Source: an uncultured Acidobacteriota bacterium
GTDB taxonomy: Bacteria > Acidobacteriota > Thermoanaerobaculia > UBA5066 > Gp7-AA6
Length of the DNA stretch: 64,000 bases
Assembly (NCBI GenBank): GCA_963823185.1
Contig: CAWGKP010000011.1
Location: forward strand, 331,223-395,222
Direction: 5' to 3'
The position numbers were made by a program, and so were the translations under genes. Positions 15,847-26,742 of this stretch are shown piece after piece; positions within the stretch are counted from its first letter, which is position 1; each line of letters opens with the position of its first letter. The notes beneath the pieces are model-generated. The model saw nothing but the letters and a program-made list of their open reading frames with translations. It ran no database searches and had not been told where the DNA came from.

Positions 15847-16537
15847 GCATCTCGCGCGCCGCGTCGAACTTCTCTTTGTGCTTCCGGATGATCTCGACGA
15901 CCTCGTCGACCTCGGTCGTCAGGCGCACGAGCTCCAGGTCCTCGGGGTTGACGAGCTTGCGCGGCACCATCTCGCGATTCATCCATTCGACGAGCCCGCG
16001 CCACATCTCTCCGACGAGCACGACCGGCCGCTCCGTCATGAACCCGACCTGAAGGAGCTGCCAGACCATCAGCAGCTCGAGCGCCGTGCCGATGCCCCCC
16101 GGGAAGATGACGAAGCCCTGCGACATCCGCACGAAATGGTGCAGGCGCGAGAAGAACGTCCGGTGCGCCGTGACGCTGTCGAGATACGGGTTGGCCTTCT
16201 CGTACGGGATGGCGATCGTCAGGCCATAGGAGCGCGTCTTGCGCACGCCGCGCGAGGACGCCGCCCCCTCGTTGGCCGCCTCCATGAGGCCCGGCCCTCC
16301 GCCGGTCACGATGTCGCAGTTCAACTCCGTCAGCCGCTCGGCGAGCTGGCGCACGTCGCTGTACTCGCGGTCGCTCGAGACGAGGCGCGCGCTTCCGAAG
16401 ACCGCCACGCGGTAGAAGTGGAGCTCCGCCGGATTCAGGGCCTCGAGCTCCTCGATCGTGTCCCAGAGGCGCACGATCGTCCGGTCGATGATCCGGCCGA
16501 CGTCCGGCTCTCGCCGGATCTTCTTGGTCCCTCTCAT
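15764..16537 (-). CDS. LOG-family protein (TIGR00730-type, cytokinin riboside 5'-monophosphate phosphoribohydrolase-like)
   Basis: It carries the motifs VTGGGPGLMEAAN and FPGGIGTALE. The start is ATG 16537 (MRGTKKIRR). The longer 766-aa track ORF is a read-through artefact. Confidence 0.8.
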   Translation of the reverse strand: MRGTKKIRREPDVGRIIDRTIVRLWDTIEELEALNPAELHFYRVAVFGSARLVSSDREYSDVRQLAERLTELNCDIVTGGGPGLMEAANEGAASSRGVRKTRSYGLTIAIPYEKANPYLDSVTAHRTFFSRLHHFVRMSQGFVIFPGGIGTALELLMVWQLLQVGFMTERPVVLVGEMWRGLVEWMNREMVPRKLVNPEDLELVRLTTEVDEVVEIIRKHKEKFDAAREMLILERRRAARAKDDPPPALEPGEPAAS

Positions 16538-16590
16538 GGATGGATCTCCCGCGGGGCGGGCGCCGCCGTGCCCCGCTGCTTTGGAGAAGC

Positions 16591-18064
16591 TTACTCCGGT
16601 GTCCGCAGCGTGGCCGAGAAAGCCCGCGTCAGAAGCCCGTCGGCCGTGACGGCCCACACCGTGTAACGGTAGTAAGTTCCCGCGCGGAAGCCGGTGTCGA
16701 GGTACGCGTAGCGCAGCGATTCCGGCGTGTCGCTGGACGCAGGGACGATCTGCGGACCGGTGCGGACGATGCGACCGTCCGCCTGGACCTCCTCGCGGAA
16801 GACGGCCCACCCCGTGAGGCCGGCGTTCGAGGCCGTCGTCCACCACAGACGCGGGCCCTCGGGGAGGGGCATGGCGTGCGGCTGAAGACCCGCGAACGGA
16901 TAGCCGGAAACCGCCTCGAAGAAGACGGGAACCACGGGACCGGCCGGCGAGGAGCCTCCGGTCGCGGCCACGATCCAGTCCACGCGCGCGACGCCCGAGA
17001 GCGCGATCGTCTGCACGCGGTCGGGCTCGAGAAAGACGACGTCGGGCGGCAGGTCCGCGTCGCGATAGTGCACGATCGCGGCGCCGAGGCCGGCGCCGGC
17101 CGGCCAGCCGTATCGGATCGCCGCCGTGCCGTCCGCCGGCACGTAGGTCCGGTGGCGGACCGTCCAGGGGGCGGGCACGCCGGCGTCGAACGCTCCCGCT
17201 TCGAGGTCCCAGAGCCCGACGGAGGAAGGCCCGGGCTCGGTGTCGGCCGCCGACGGAGACGCGTAGAGACGCGCGCCGAAACGCGCGACGAGCGTCTCCT
17301 CGGGCAGTCCGGTGCGCTCGGTGTAGATGTGCGCCAGGCTCGCGAGCGGCTCCTCGCCGAGATCGCGCGCGCGCTCGTAGATTTGACGGACGGAAGTGCG
17401 GCCTCCGGTCGAGCGCGCGAACTCGTCGAGCAGGAGGCGCCCGAGAGAGCCCGGGTGATCCGCCAGGGCCAGGCTCGGCGCCGCCGCGGCGGACGCCGTC
17501 TCGGCCGGATCTCCGGCGTCGGCGAGGAACGCGGCGGCCGCGTCGGTCACGAAGGTGCGATCCGCGACACCGTAGCCCGAGATCACCGCGAGCGCGAAGA
17601 GGCGCGAGGCCTCGCGGACGATTGCGTCGTTGCCGAGATCCGATCCGTCGATCTCGATCGTCGGGCCGGCGATCCGCCCCGGCTCGATCGAACGCGAAGA
17701 GAGGCGCCGCACGCCGCCGGCGGCGCTCCGCGCGACGAGAAACCGGACGGGATCGGCTTCGGCGAACGGGTTCGGCCATCCCTCGCGGACGAAGAGCTCG
17801 TCGGAGAGCCGGGCGATCCGGTCGTCCAGAGCCTGACGGAGCGCCGGATCGTCGGCCTCGTCGCGCACGACGGCGTCGGAGGCCGCGAGCACTCGCGCCG
17901 GACCGAAGCTCCGATAGGGGCTTTCCGACCAGGGAACGCGCGGAGCGGCTTGCCGCGGGCTGCGCGAAGACGCCCGCTGTCCAGCCGATCGCCATCAGGC
18001 CGCAGGCGGCGACCTTCGCGGCCCACGCGGACAGCGCGAATTTATGCTGTTTTCGCATCAGCAT
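16591..18064 (-). CDS. Secreted hypothetical protein with C-terminal Ig/FN3-like beta domain; one frame break near the signal peptide
   Basis: The signal peptide MLMRKQHKFALSAWAAKVAACGLMAIGWTAGVFAQPAA lies in one frame. The body (PRVPWSESPYRSFGPARVLAASDAVVRDE...YYRYTVWAVTADG) lies in another. The break is at about 17938..17966. Confidence 0.5.
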
Positions 18065-18067
18065 TTC

Positions 18068-18096
18068 AGAATAGACGGATCCCCTCCGTGCGTCAA
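18068..18096 (-). promoter_or_regulatory. Candidate sigma-70-type promoter (TTGACG - 17 nt - TATTCT) abutting the ATG at 18064
   Basis: On the minus strand, the -35 is at 18096..18091 and the -10 at 18073..18068. Only 3 nt separate the -10 from ATG 18064, suggesting a leaderless or very short leader transcript. This is a pattern match only. Confidence 0.35.
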
Positions 18097-18140
18097 ACCG
18101 GGTACGGAGACCGGGGCGTCCCCGTTGAGGGGTTTGTCGC

Positions 18141-18929
18141 CTAGGCGGCAGCCGAGGCGGTCGAGTCGTTCAGCACGCGGCACACGACGACCGTGATGTT
18201 GTCGACGCCGCCCTTCTCGTTTGCGAGATCCACGAGCGCGCGGCAGAGGTCCTGCGGATCCTCGTGCTTCGCCACGATCTCTTCGATCTCCTCGTCCGAC
18301 AGCATCGTCGTCAGGCCGTCGGAGCAGAAGAGAAAACGGTCCTTCGCCGAGAACGGCAGCTCCTGAAGGTCCGCCGAGACGGTCGAGCCGCCGCCGAGCG
18401 CCCGCGTCACGACGTTCTTCAGCGGATGGGTCTTCGCCTCGTCCTCGGTCAGGATTCCCGCGGCGACCTGCTCGTGCACCCAGGAGTGGTCGTCCGTCAG
18501 GCGCTGGAGACGGCCGTCGCGGTACATGTAGGCGCGGCTGTCGCCGACGTGCGCCAGCGAGAGGATCTTCTCGTTCAGCAGCCCGGCGACCACGGTCGTT
18601 CCCATGCCCTTCAGCCACGGCTGCGCGGCGACCGCCGCCATCACGCGCTCGTTGGCCTTCTCGATCGCAATCGCGAGCCGGTTGCTGTTGAAGTCGAGCG
18701 AGTGGTCGTACTTGAACGGCCAGGTCGCTTCTTCCTTCTGCCGGGTGGCGGCGATGAACTCGCCGATCGTCTCGACGGTGATCCGCGCGGCCACCTCGCC
18801 GGCCGCGTGCCCGCCCATGCCGTCGGCCACGATGAAGAGCCCGTCCGAGATCTCGAGCGCGAAAGCGTCCTCGTTGTGCTTGCGCTTCCGGCCGACGTCG
18901 GTCAACCCGAACGCTTCGATCGACGGCAT
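18141..18929 (-). CDS. PP2C-family Ser/Thr protein phosphatase
   Basis: The sequence includes GLTDVGRKRKHNEDAF, ADGMGGHAAGE, VGDSRAY, CSDGL and GGVDNITVV. The start is ATG 18929. Confidence 0.85.
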   Translation of the reverse strand: MPSIEAFGLTDVGRKRKHNEDAFALEISDGLFIVADGMGGHAAGEVAARITVETIGEFIAATRQKEEATWPFKYDHSLDFNSNRLAIAIEKANERVMAAVAAQPWLKGMGTTVVAGLLNEKILSLAHVGDSRAYMYRDGRLQRLTDDHSWVHEQVAAGILTEDEAKTHPLKNVVTRALGGGSTVSADLQELPFSAKDRFLFCSDGLTTMLSDEEIEEIVAKHEDPQDLCRALVDLANEKGGVDNITVVVCRVLNDSTASAAA

Positions 18930-18931
18930 GC

Positions 18932-19558
18932 TCAGGACTTGACGGCCCGCTTCGCGCGAACTTCGTCGAGAGCCCGCCGGACCTCTCCCGCCGAGGGATC
19001 CCAGCGCAGCGCCTCCTGATACGCCTTCTCCGCCTTGACGAGAAGGCCGGCCTGGCGAAACACCGTGCCGGCGTCCTTCAACAGGCTGACGTTGTGCGGC
19101 TCGAGCACGATCGCCGTCTCCAGGGCCTTGACGGCGGTTCGCATGTCCCCCGACCGCGCGGAGGCCAGGCCCAGATAGTGCTGCGCCTTGGCGTCGTTGG
19201 GATTGCGGTGAACGGCGAGCTGGAAGTTGCCGGCCGCGTCGGCGAACTGACGGTCCTTGAAGGCCTGCATGCCCTGGGCGAGCAGACTCTGCGTGACGTC
19301 GTCGGCGTCGGGCGACGCGGCGCCGCTCGCCTTGAAGGCCTGCTCGAAGTCGTAGGCCTTCCGGCGCTCGGGGTTCGTCAGCACGTTGACGGCCTCGGTC
19401 AGGTTCTGGAAGTTCGCCTCGGCCTCGGCCTTGGCTTCCCGAGGCGCCCGGTCCGGGTGGGCCTCCCGGGCCAGCGCCCGAAAACGGTCTCGAATCTCGT
19501 GATCGTTTGCTTCTCGATTGACGCCCAGCAGGGCGTAGTAGTCGACGTCTCGGGACAT
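18932..19558 (-). CDS. J-domain (DnaJ-like) protein with C-terminal TPR repeats
   Basis: The J domain reads DYYALLGV...AHPDR (HPD motif). It is followed by TPR-like AKAQHYLGLA...KAEKAYQEALRWDP. Confidence 0.8.
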   Translation of the reverse strand: MSRDVDYYALLGVNREANDHEIRDRFRALAREAHPDRAPREAKAEAEANFQNLTEAVNVLTNPERRKAYDFEQAFKASGAASPDADDVTQSLLAQGMQAFKDRQFADAAGNFQLAVHRNPNDAKAQHYLGLASARSGDMRTAVKALETAIVLEPHNVSLLKDAGTVFRQAGLLVKAEKAYQEALRWDPSAGEVRRALDEVRAKRAVKS

Positions 19559-19702
19559 TGGTTTGCGAAAATTTTACGGCATGCGCCCGCGAGCGCCGCG
19601 CCTTATTGGAGGCTAAAGATACGGGAAAACCGAGTGCCCCGGCAAGGGCCGTGGAAACCGCGCAGGACACCGGTTCGGGCGCGCACCGCCCGTTTCGAGG
19701 CG

Positions 19703-20779
19703 TCAGCGCTGCTTTTCGCCGAGGAGCTTCTTCGCCGTCAGGCGCACTCCCTCGGGCAGATTGGGGTCGCGCATCACGGCTTTCAGCTCGCGAACGGACA
19801 GATGCTTGATCAGAGGCAGCGTGAGGGCGATCGGGACGGCCGGGTTCTTGACGAGCGCCACCATCACGGCCTGCTTGCGAATCCACTCACGATTCCCGGT
19901 GATCTTCCGGAAGATCTCGGAGTCCAGGTGCCGCATCGTGCAGAAGGCCTCGATCTCCGCGAGCGTCAAACCCCGCGACTTCAGGACGGCCTGGCCGACG
20001 AGCGTGTTCGAGTCGCCGATCAGGATCCGGCGCTCCTCCTTTCCGCCCGAGTAGGCGAGGTTGACCTTCTCCTGCACGGTCATCACGCCGATCCGCCGGA
20101 AGAGGACGCCGCCCGTCGCGAGCTGATCGTCCTCCGGCGCCGCCTCGCCTTCGGCCGCCGGCTCCCCCTCGCCCGCTTCCGTCTCGCCCGCTTCCGCGGC
20201 CGCCCGCGCCGCCTCCTCCGCTTCGATCGCTTCCTGGATCCGCCGCTCCTCGGCCTGCCGCCGGCGCTCCTCCTTGTCGAAGAACTCCTCGCGGTTCTCG
20301 TTGAGCCGCCGCCGGCTCTCCGCGGTCAGGTCCGGGTTTTCGAAGAGGGCGTCGATGAGCGCCGGCAGGCGCAGCAGCCGGACCTGGTTGACGACGAGCG
20401 CGTCCTGGGGCGAGCCCGTCACGGTCCGCGCCAGGCGCAGGAGGGTCTGATCGTGCACGTTCCGGTGGCGAATGGCCCGCTCGAGCACCGCTCCGTCCGC
20501 GCAATGGCGCGCCAGCGTGTCGATCTCGACGCCCGTCGGGTCCGCGGTCTCCAGGAACCGCGAGAGATCGTCCGGGGGCGTCTCGGCCAGGGTGACGCGA
20601 GCGGTCTCGGCCGTCCCGGCGTCTGGATCGTCCAGCACGGCGAGCAGCGCCCGCATCTGGCCCTCTTGATCGAGCGGCAGCAGCCCGCGCGCGGCGAAGC
20701 GCCGGATCTCGGGAGCGGCCTCTCCCGACCGCAGCAGGGAGAGGAGGTCGAGAGTTTCCGCCGGGAGAGGCTCGGCCAA
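19703..20779 (-). CDS. Hypothetical helical-repeat (HEAT/ARM-like) protein with acidic E/A-rich linker
   Basis: A 358-aa ORF with a TTG start. It has repeated NPxLP-type helical units and a central EAEEAARAAAEAGETEAGEGE linker. No enzymatic motif was found. Confidence 0.5.
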   Translation of the reverse strand: MAEPLPAETLDLLSLLRSGEAAPEIRRFAARGLLPLDQEGQMRALLAVLDDPDAGTAETARVTLAETPPDDLSRFLETADPTGVEIDTLARHCADGAVLERAIRHRNVHDQTLLRLARTVTGSPQDALVVNQVRLLRLPALIDALFENPDLTAESRRRLNENREEFFDKEERRRQAEERRIQEAIEAEEAARAAAEAGETEAGEGEPAAEGEAAPEDDQLATGGVLFRRIGVMTVQEKVNLAYSGGKEERRILIGDSNTLVGQAVLKSRGLTLAEIEAFCTMRHLDSEIFRKITGNREWIRKQAVMVALVKNPAVPIALTLPLIKHLSVRELKAVMRDPNLPEGVRLTAKKLLGEKQR

Positions 20780-20799
20780 GGGCGCGCCGCCCGAGGCGC

Positions 20800-21579
20800 C
20801 TAGCCCCGCGCCGGCGAGCCGGGCAGCAGCAGGTTGCGCACCACCTTGCCTTCGCCGCCCAGGCGGTCGAGGGCGCGCCCGTCCACGGTCACGCGCACGG
20901 CGCCCGCGTTTCCGAGCGTGAGGCGGAATCCCGCCTGCGCCTCGAAGCGCTTCGCCTCGCCCTGGCGGGCGAGGCCGGAGAACACCATGCGGCCGTCGGC
21001 CTCGAGCTGCGTCCAGGAATCGCCGTCGAACTCGAGGAGAAGCGAGACCCGGCCGGGAGTCGCCGGCGGCGCGGGATCGGGCGCAGGAGCCGGAGCCGCG
21101 ACCGGCTCGAGTCGCATCGCGGGCGTGGGCTCGCTCGAGAACGTCACGTTCTTGAGCGCCGGCGCCGCGGCGCGCGGCGCCGCGTGTCCGCGGAACGCGA
21201 GCGGGCGGCGCTCGGGATTCGCGATCAGTCCGAGGAGAAGGAGCAGGCCCGTCACCCCGCCGACGATCGTGCCGGCCGTCGCGCGGCGGCTTCTCCAGAA
21301 GCGCGAACGCGGCCGCGGCTTCTTCGGACCGGGCCCGTCCGGCGGCCTGCCGGCGAGATCCGCGAGATACGCGTTCACCTTCTCCTCGGGGTCGATGCCG
21401 AGGTGCCCGGCGTACGCGCGGATGAAGCCGCGCGTGAACGTCGGCGGCGGAAGCTTGCGCAGGTCACCGTCCTCGAGCGCCTGGAGAAGGCGCAGGGAGA
21501 TCTTCGTCGCCGACGAGATCTCTTCGAGCGAGATCTCCCGAACGACGCGTTCTCGTCTGAGCTCCTCTCCGAAGCTCAT
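20800..21579 (-). CDS. rodZ: RodZ-like cytoskeleton-associated protein (XRE-type HTH, TM segment, DUF4115-like C-terminus)
   Basis: The HTH is ISLEEISSATKISLRLLQALEDGD and FTRGFIRAYAGHLG. A TM segment (TIVGGVTGLLLLLGLI) and a C-terminal beta domain (LLLEFDGDSWTQLEADGR...VTVDG) follow. The start is ATG 21579. Confidence 0.7.
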   Translation of the reverse strand: MSFGEELRRERVVREISLEEISSATKISLRLLQALEDGDLRKLPPPTFTRGFIRAYAGHLGIDPEEKVNAYLADLAGRPPDGPGPKKPRPRSRFWRSRRATAGTIVGGVTGLLLLLGLIANPERRPLAFRGHAAPRAAAPALKNVTFSSEPTPAMRLEPVAAPAPAPDPAPPATPGRVSLLLEFDGDSWTQLEADGRMVFSGLARQGEAKRFEAQAGFRLTLGNAGAVRVTVDGRALDRLGGEGKVVRNLLLPGSPARG

Positions 21580-21632
21580 GGCAGGCGGTCCCGTCGTGCC
21601 TTTAGAACCCATCGGTGGGGAAGTAAGTCATG

Positions 21633-22289
21633 CTAGACCTGCCGGGACCGATCCGCAAGAACTCTTTCGGCGCAGGCCTTCAGAATCTCCGGGACACCGG
21701 GATTTCGACACAGTCCCTCGAGATCCTGCCGCGAGGCGCGGGTCAGGAGGGACAGGGCGCCCGACACCGGGAGCGCGGCGTTGCGCAGCAGCGCGCTCCG
21801 GACCGACGGCCGCAGGCTCCAGCGCGGGTGCGCCGCGATGACCTCGAGCACGGCGGCGCGCGCGCCGGGCCGCGCGGCGGCCTGGACGACGTCCGGCTCG
21901 GTCGCGAACCGGTTGTCGAGAAGGGCCGCGACGACCCTCGGGTCGGGGTCGAATCGCAGGACCACCAACGTGCCCCGCCCCACGGTCCTGGCCAGGTCGA
22001 TCCGTTCGGCCAGGGCCATCTCGGGAAGCCTCCGGAGGAGGTCCCGGTCCGCCGCGCGCCGCACCTCGGGGTGCACGCGAGCGTTGGCGGAGAGGGCGGC
22101 GAGATCGCGCCAGAAGAGCGTGCCGACGAGCGACAGGGCCGCCGCGCGGGGCGTCCGGGGATGGGCGGCGAGGGCCAGTCGGACGGCGTGGTATCGCCGC
22201 GCGCCGCGGTCCTCGAGGAGCTCGTCGAGCGCCTCCGGAGGCAGGTCCGCCCGCCGCAGCAGCTTGAGGAAGTGCCCTTCCGGGCGCAT
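21633..22289 (-). CDS. Hypothetical helical-repeat protein (HEAT-like)
   Basis: A 218-aa ORF starting 9 nt after the trpA stop. It has repeated AAHPRTP / NAALP motifs similar in style to 19703..20779. Confidence 0.45.
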   Translation of the reverse strand: MRPEGHFLKLLRRADLPPEALDELLEDRGARRYHAVRLALAAHPRTPRAAALSLVGTLFWRDLAALSANARVHPEVRRAADRDLLRRLPEMALAERIDLARTVGRGTLVVLRFDPDPRVVAALLDNRFATEPDVVQAAARPGARAAVLEVIAAHPRWSLRPSVRSALLRNAALPVSGALSLLTRASRQDLEGLCRNPGVPEILKACAERVLADRSRQV

Positions 22290-22298
22290 GCGCCGAGT

Positions 22299-23102
22299 TT
22301 AGGGCTCTCCGCGCCGGCACGCGCCGGCGAGCTCGCGGGCCAGGCGCTCGACCGCCCGATCGCGGTCCGGGCCCGCCCGCTCCGCCGCGGCCACGAGGGC
22401 CGACCCGACGACGACGCCGTCGGCGAGCCGCGCCGCCTGCCGCGCCGACTCGGGCGTCGAGATCCCGAATCCGATCGCGATCGGGAGATCGCCGGCCGCG
22501 CGGCGGGCCCGCCGCGCCGTCGCCGCGAGGTCGCGCGGCAGGCTCGTCCGGGCGCCCGTCGTGCCGGGGCGGGAGACGACGTAGAGGAAGCCCGAGGACA
22601 GGCGCGCGGCCGCGCGCATCCTTGCGGCGGGCGACGTCGGCGAGACGAGGAAGACGGTGGCGAGGCCGCCGGCGCGCAGCGTCGCGGAGATCTCCGGCGC
22701 CTCCTCGGGCGGCAGGTCGGTCACGAGCACCGCGTCGAAGCCCGCCGCTTTCGCTTCTCCCGCGGCGCGGGCGATGCCGCGGCGGTGCAGCGGGTTGAGG
22801 TACGTGAAGAGGAGGAGCGCGAGGCGCGTCTCGCGGCGGATCCGATGCGCGATCTCGAACACGCGCGGGAGCGTCGTCCCGGCCGCGAGCGCCCGGGAGG
22901 CCGCGCGCTGGAGCACGGGGCCATCGGCGATCGGGTCCGTGAAGGGAACGCCGAGCTCGAGGACGTCGGCGCCCGCCCGCTCGAGGGCGCGGGCCAGCGC
23001 GACCGTCGCGTCGGCGTCGGGGTCGCCGGCGGTCAGATAGGCGAGGAAGGCGGCCCGCCGCTGCCGCCGGGCGGCCGCGAACGCTTCGGCGAGGCGGCTC
23101 AC
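22299..23102 (-). CDS. trpA: Tryptophan synthase alpha chain
   Basis: The sequence includes YLTAGDPD and [17 protein letters not shown]. The GTG start overlaps the trpB stop (GTGA). Confidence 0.9.
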   Translation of the reverse strand: MSRLAEAFAAARRQRRAAFLAYLTAGDPDADATVALARALERAGADVLELGVPFTDPIADGPVLQRAASRALAAGTTLPRVFEIAHRIRRETRLALLLFTYLNPLHRRGIARAAGEAKAAGFDAVLVTDLPPEEAPEISATLRAGGLATVFLVSPTSPAARMRAAARLSSGFLYVVSRPGTTGARTSLPRDLAATARRARRAAGDLPIAIGFGISTPESARQAARLADGVVVGSALVAAAERAGPDRDRAVERLARELAGACRRGEP

Positions 23103-24304
23103 GCCGGGGACCCGCGCAGGCGCGCGTATTCCTCGAGATCCTTGTCGCCGCGGCCCGAGAGGTTCACGAGCACCCAGCGGCTGCGGGGCATCTTCGACGC
23201 GAGCTTCGAGGCATACGCGACGGCGTGCGCGCTCTCGAGGGCCGGCACGATCCCCTCGGCGCGCGAGAGCGATTCGAAGGCGTCCAGCGCCTCGGCGTCC
23301 GAGACGGCGACGTAGGTCACGCGGCCCCGTTCGGCCAGAGCCGCGTGCTCGGGGCCCACGGCCGGATAGTCGAGGCCGGCCGAGACGGAATGGGTCGGGA
23401 GGATCTGCCCCGCGTCGTCCTGGAGGAGCATCGTGCGCGTCCCGTGCAGGACGCCGAGCGAGCCGCCCGAGAATCGCGCCGCGTGCTCCCCCGGCCCCGT
23501 TCCGCGGCCTCCGGCCTCCACGCCGTAGAGCTTCGTCTTCGAATTCGAACCGAGGAACGCCGAGAAGAGGCCGATCGCGTTCGAGCCGCCGCCGACGCAC
23601 GCGACCGCCGCATCGGGGTCGCGGCGCGCGATCTTGCGGAACTGCTTCCGCGCCTCGCGGCCGATGACGGACTGGAACTCCCGGACCATCGTCGGGTACG
23701 GGTGCGGCCCGAGCGCCGATCCGAGGACGTAGTGCGTCGTCGCGACGTTCTCGCTCCAGTCGCGCATCGCTTCGTTGATCGCGTCCTTGAGCGTCCTCGA
23801 GCCCGAATCGACGGCGATCACCTCGGCGCCGAGCAGGCGCATCCGCAGGACGTTCGGCGCCTGGCGCGCCATGTCGACCGACCCCATGTAGACGCGGCAC
23901 GGCAGCCCGATCTTCGCCGCGGCGGCGGCCGTCGCGACGCCGTGCTGACCCGCGCCGGTCTCCGCGATGACGCGGCGCTTCCCCATCCGCCGCGCGAGGA
24001 GCACCTGCCCGAGCGCGTTGTTGAGCTTGTGCGCGCCGGTGTGGAGGAGGTCCTCGCGCTTCAACGCGATGCGCGCGCCCTTGCTCCCGGCTGCCAGGCG
24101 ATCCGCGACCGTGATGGGCGTGGGTCGCCCCGCGTAGGTCGACAACAGCGCGTCGAGCTCCGCCCGGAACCGCCGGTCGCGCCGCCAGCGGTCGAACGCG
24201 CGCTCGAGCTCCTCGAGCGGCGCCATCAGGGTCTCGGGCGCGAAGCGGCCGCCGTACTCGCCGAAGTAGCCGGGCCGGGCCGAGGTCCTACGTCGCGGCG
24301 CCAT
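23099..24304 (-). CDS. trpB: Tryptophan synthase beta chain
   Basis: The sequence includes [24 protein letters not shown] (PLP Lys), GGGSNAIG and SAGLDYP. The start is ATG 24304. Confidence 0.93.
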   Translation of the reverse strand: MAPRRRTSARPGYFGEYGGRFAPETLMAPLEELERAFDRWRRDRRFRAELDALLSTYAGRPTPITVADRLAAGSKGARIALKREDLLHTGAHKLNNALGQVLLARRMGKRRVIAETGAGQHGVATAAAAAKIGLPCRVYMGSVDMARQAPNVLRMRLLGAEVIAVDSGSRTLKDAINEAMRDWSENVATTHYVLGSALGPHPYPTMVREFQSVIGREARKQFRKIARRDPDAAVACVGGGSNAIGLFSAFLGSNSKTKLYGVEAGGRGTGPGEHAARFSGGSLGVLHGTRTMLLQDDAGQILPTHSVSAGLDYPAVGPEHAALAERGRVTYVAVSDAEALDAFESLSRAEGIVPALESAHAVAYASKLASKMPRSRWVLVNLSGRGDKDLEEYARLRGSPA

Positions 24305-24920
24305 CCGCGCTCCGCACCGCCTCGAAGAAGCGGCGCATCTTCTGGGCGTCCTTGACCCCCGGCGAGCTCTCGACGCCCGACGCGACGTCCACGCCCCAGG
24401 GCCGCGCGCGGCGAATCGCTTCGGCCACGTTGGCGGGATCGAGACCGCCGGCGAGAAGGACCGGCGCGCCGAACTCGCGCCCCGCGACGAGGCTCCAGTC
24501 GAAGCGCTTGCCGGTCCCTCCGGCGCGGCCGGGAACGCGCACGTCGAAGAGAACCGCCTTGCACTTCGAGAGCAGCTCCGGGGGCGGCGGTTTGGGGGCC
24601 GAGATCCCCATGTGCGCGACCGCGACGACCGGGACTCCATACGCGCCCGGGTCCTCGGGCGTCAGGCGCCGGTGAATCTGCACGAGGTCGAGACATGCCG
24701 CGTCGACCGTCTCGCGGATCATCGCCGGGCCCTCCGACACGAAGACGCCGACGCGCAGGACGCCGTCCCCCGCGGCCGACGCGAGGCGCCGCGCGGTCTC
24801 GGGGCTGACGCGCCGCGGCGACTCCGCCGAGAAGTTGAAGCCGACCCAGGCCGCGCCGAGCTCGCCCGCGAGCGCCGCGTCCTCGGGCCGCGTCAGGCCG
24901 CAGATCTTGACGGCCGTCAC
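24288..24920 (-). CDS. trpF: Phosphoribosylanthranilate isomerase
   Basis: The sequence includes [12 protein letters not shown] and [10 protein letters not shown]. The GTG start overlaps the trpC stop (GTGA). Confidence 0.85.
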   Translation of the reverse strand: MTAVKICGLTRPEDAALAGELGAAWVGFNFSAESPRRVSPETARRLASAAGDGVLRVGVFVSEGPAMIRETVDAACLDLVQIHRRLTPEDPGAYGVPVVAVAHMGISAPKPPPPELLSKCKAVLFDVRVPGRAGGTGKRFDWSLVAGREFGAPVLLAGGLDPANVAEAIRRARPWGVDVASGVESSPGVKDAQKMRRFFEAVRSADGAAT

Positions 24921-25693
24921 GAGCGCAGCTCCCGCAGGAGCTCGACGGGATCCTCGGCGCGCAGGAGAGTCTCGCCCACGAGGAACGCGCGGTAGCCGGC
25001 CGCCGCAAGACGCGCCACGTCCTCGCGCGAGCGGATGCCGCTCTCCGCGAGGCGCACCGGACCCGGCGGGATCTCCGCGGCGAGCGTCTCGAGACGCGCC
25101 AGGTCCGTCGTGAAGGTCGCGAGGTCCCGCGCGTTGACGCCGAGAACGTCGGGCGCCGCCGCGGCGGCGCGTCGGATCTCCCCGCCGTCGTGCGCCTCCG
25201 CCACGACGGCGAGACCGCGGGCGCGCGCCGCGGCGGCGAGCCGCGAGAGCTCCTCGTCGGAGAGCGCCCGCACGATCAGGAGGATCGCATCCGCTCCCAG
25301 CGCGACCGCGAAGTCGAGCTGCGCCTCGTCCACGACGAAATCCTTCATCAGAGCCGGGAGGCCCGCGATCTTCTTCGCGCGCGGGAGCCACTCGGGCCGG
25401 CCGCCGAAGAAGTCCTGCTCGATGACGACCGAGAGGGCCGCCGCGTGGCCCCGGCGATACATCAGCGCGATCGTCTCGAGACGCCCCTCCGTCTCCGCCA
25501 CGATCTCCCCGGCCGACGGAGAGCGGCGTTTGATCTCGCCCACGATGCGGACGCCGGGCGCGCGCAGGGCCTCGACGAAGCTTCGCCCGTCCGAGGGGCG
25601 CTCCGCCGATCGGCCTCCTTGCGACGCGTACTCGCCCCGCGAGATCCGCTCGCGTTTGGCGGCGAGGATCTGCTCCAGGACGCCGCCGCTCAT
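24917..25693 (-). CDS. trpC: Indole-3-glycerol phosphate synthase
   Basis: The sequence includes IVGEIKRRSPSAG, LMKDFVVD, LGVNARDL and ESGI. The ATG overlaps the trpD stop (ATGA). Confidence 0.9.
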   Translation of the reverse strand: MSGGVLEQILAAKRERISRGEYASQGGRSAERPSDGRSFVEALRAPGVRIVGEIKRRSPSAGEIVAETEGRLETIALMYRRGHAAALSVVIEQDFFGGRPEWLPRAKKIAGLPALMKDFVVDEAQLDFAVALGADAILLIVRALSDEELSRLAAAARARGLAVVAEAHDGGEIRRAAAAAPDVLGVNARDLATFTTDLARLETLAAEIPPGPVRLAESGIRSREDVARLAAAGYRAFLVGETLLRAEDPVELLRELRS

Positions 25694-26742
25694 GCCGGCC
25701 GCGCGACCGGCGCGCCGGCCCGGGCGTTGCGCGACGCGTCGCGAAGCGCCTCGAAGACGGCGAGCGCGGCGCCGGAGTCGATCGCGCGCCGTCCGCGCTC
25801 GTAGCCGTCCGGCAGGTCCCGCGCCCGCCCCTCGACGACGAGCGCGAGCGCGGCGTTCAGCAGCGCCGTCTCGCGGAGCGCGCCGGACTCCCCCTCGAGC
25901 AGTCGCCGGAGCATCGCGGCGTTGCCCTCCGCGTCCGATCCCGCGAGCTCGGCCATCTCGACCGCGCGCTGCCGCAGCGTCGCGGGCTCGTAGCGCCAGG
26001 GCCGCGTCCAGCCCTCCTGGATCTCCACGCCGAACGCGGCGACGCCCGGCACGAGCTCGTCGAGCCCGTTCTCCGAATGGAAGACGACGGCGTGCTCCGT
26101 GCCGAGCGACGCGAGCGCGTCGGACAGCAGGCGCACGAGCTCCGGACGCCCGACGCCGATCATCTGGCGCGAGGCGCCGGCCGGGTTGGCCAGCGGTCCG
26201 AGCGCGTTGAAGATCGTGCGCACGCCGAGCTCGCGGCGCACCGTCCCGAGCTCCTTCATCGCCGGATGGAAGGACGGCGCGAAGAGGAACACGAGGCCGA
26301 CATCGTCGAGAATCCGTCCGGCGCCCGCCGGATCGAGCTCGACGTTCACGCCGCAGGCCGCGAGGACGTCCGCGGACCCCACGCGCGAGGTGATCGAGCG
26401 GTTCCCGTGCTTGGCCACCGACGCGCCCGCGCCGGCGGCCACGATCGCCGTCGCGGTCGAGACGTTGAAGAGGTCGCGCCCCAGCCCGCCCGGACCGCAG
26501 GTGTCGAGCAGCGGCTGCCGGCGGCTCTCGACGCGGCGCATCCGCGCCCGCAGCGCCGCCACCGCGCCGGCGACCTCGTCGGCCGTCTCGCCTCGCGTCG
26601 CGATGCCCAGGAGGATCGCGCCCTTCTGGGCCTCCGTGGCCTTGCCGTCCATGAGGTCCAGGAAGACTTCCTCGGCGAGGGCGCGCGAGAGGGTTTGGCG
26701 CGCCGCGACGACCTTCAGGCCCTCGGCCACGCGCGGGGTCAC
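25690..26742 (-). CDS. trpD: Anthranilate phosphoribosyltransferase
   Basis: The sequence includes DTCGPGGLGRDLFNVSTA, AKHGNRSITSRVGSADVL and IFNALGPLANP. The GTG start overlaps the trpG stop (GTGA). Confidence 0.9.
   Translation of the reverse strand: MTPRVAEGLKVVAARQTLSRALAEEVFLDLMDGKATEAQKGAILLGIATRGETADEVAGAVAALRARMRRVESRRQPLLDTCGPGGLGRDLFNVSTATAIVAAGAGASVAKHGNRSITSRVGSADVLAACGVNVELDPAGAGRILDDVGLVFLFAPSFHPAMKELGTVRRELGVRTIFNALGPLANPAGASRQMIGVGRPELVRLLSDALASLGTEHAVVFHSENGLDELVPGVAAFGVEIQEGWTRPWRYEPATLRQRAVEMAELAGSDAEGNAAMLRRLLEGESGALRETALLNAALALVVEGRARDLPDGYERGRRAIDSGAALAVFEALRDASRNARAGAPVARPA

Noticed and set aside
19559-19702. A 144-nt gap between the HEAT-like gene and the J-domain gene, examined for an sRNA or terminator.
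   Set aside because: It contains only a 4-bp stem followed by TTTT and no convincing promoter. The evidence is insufficient.
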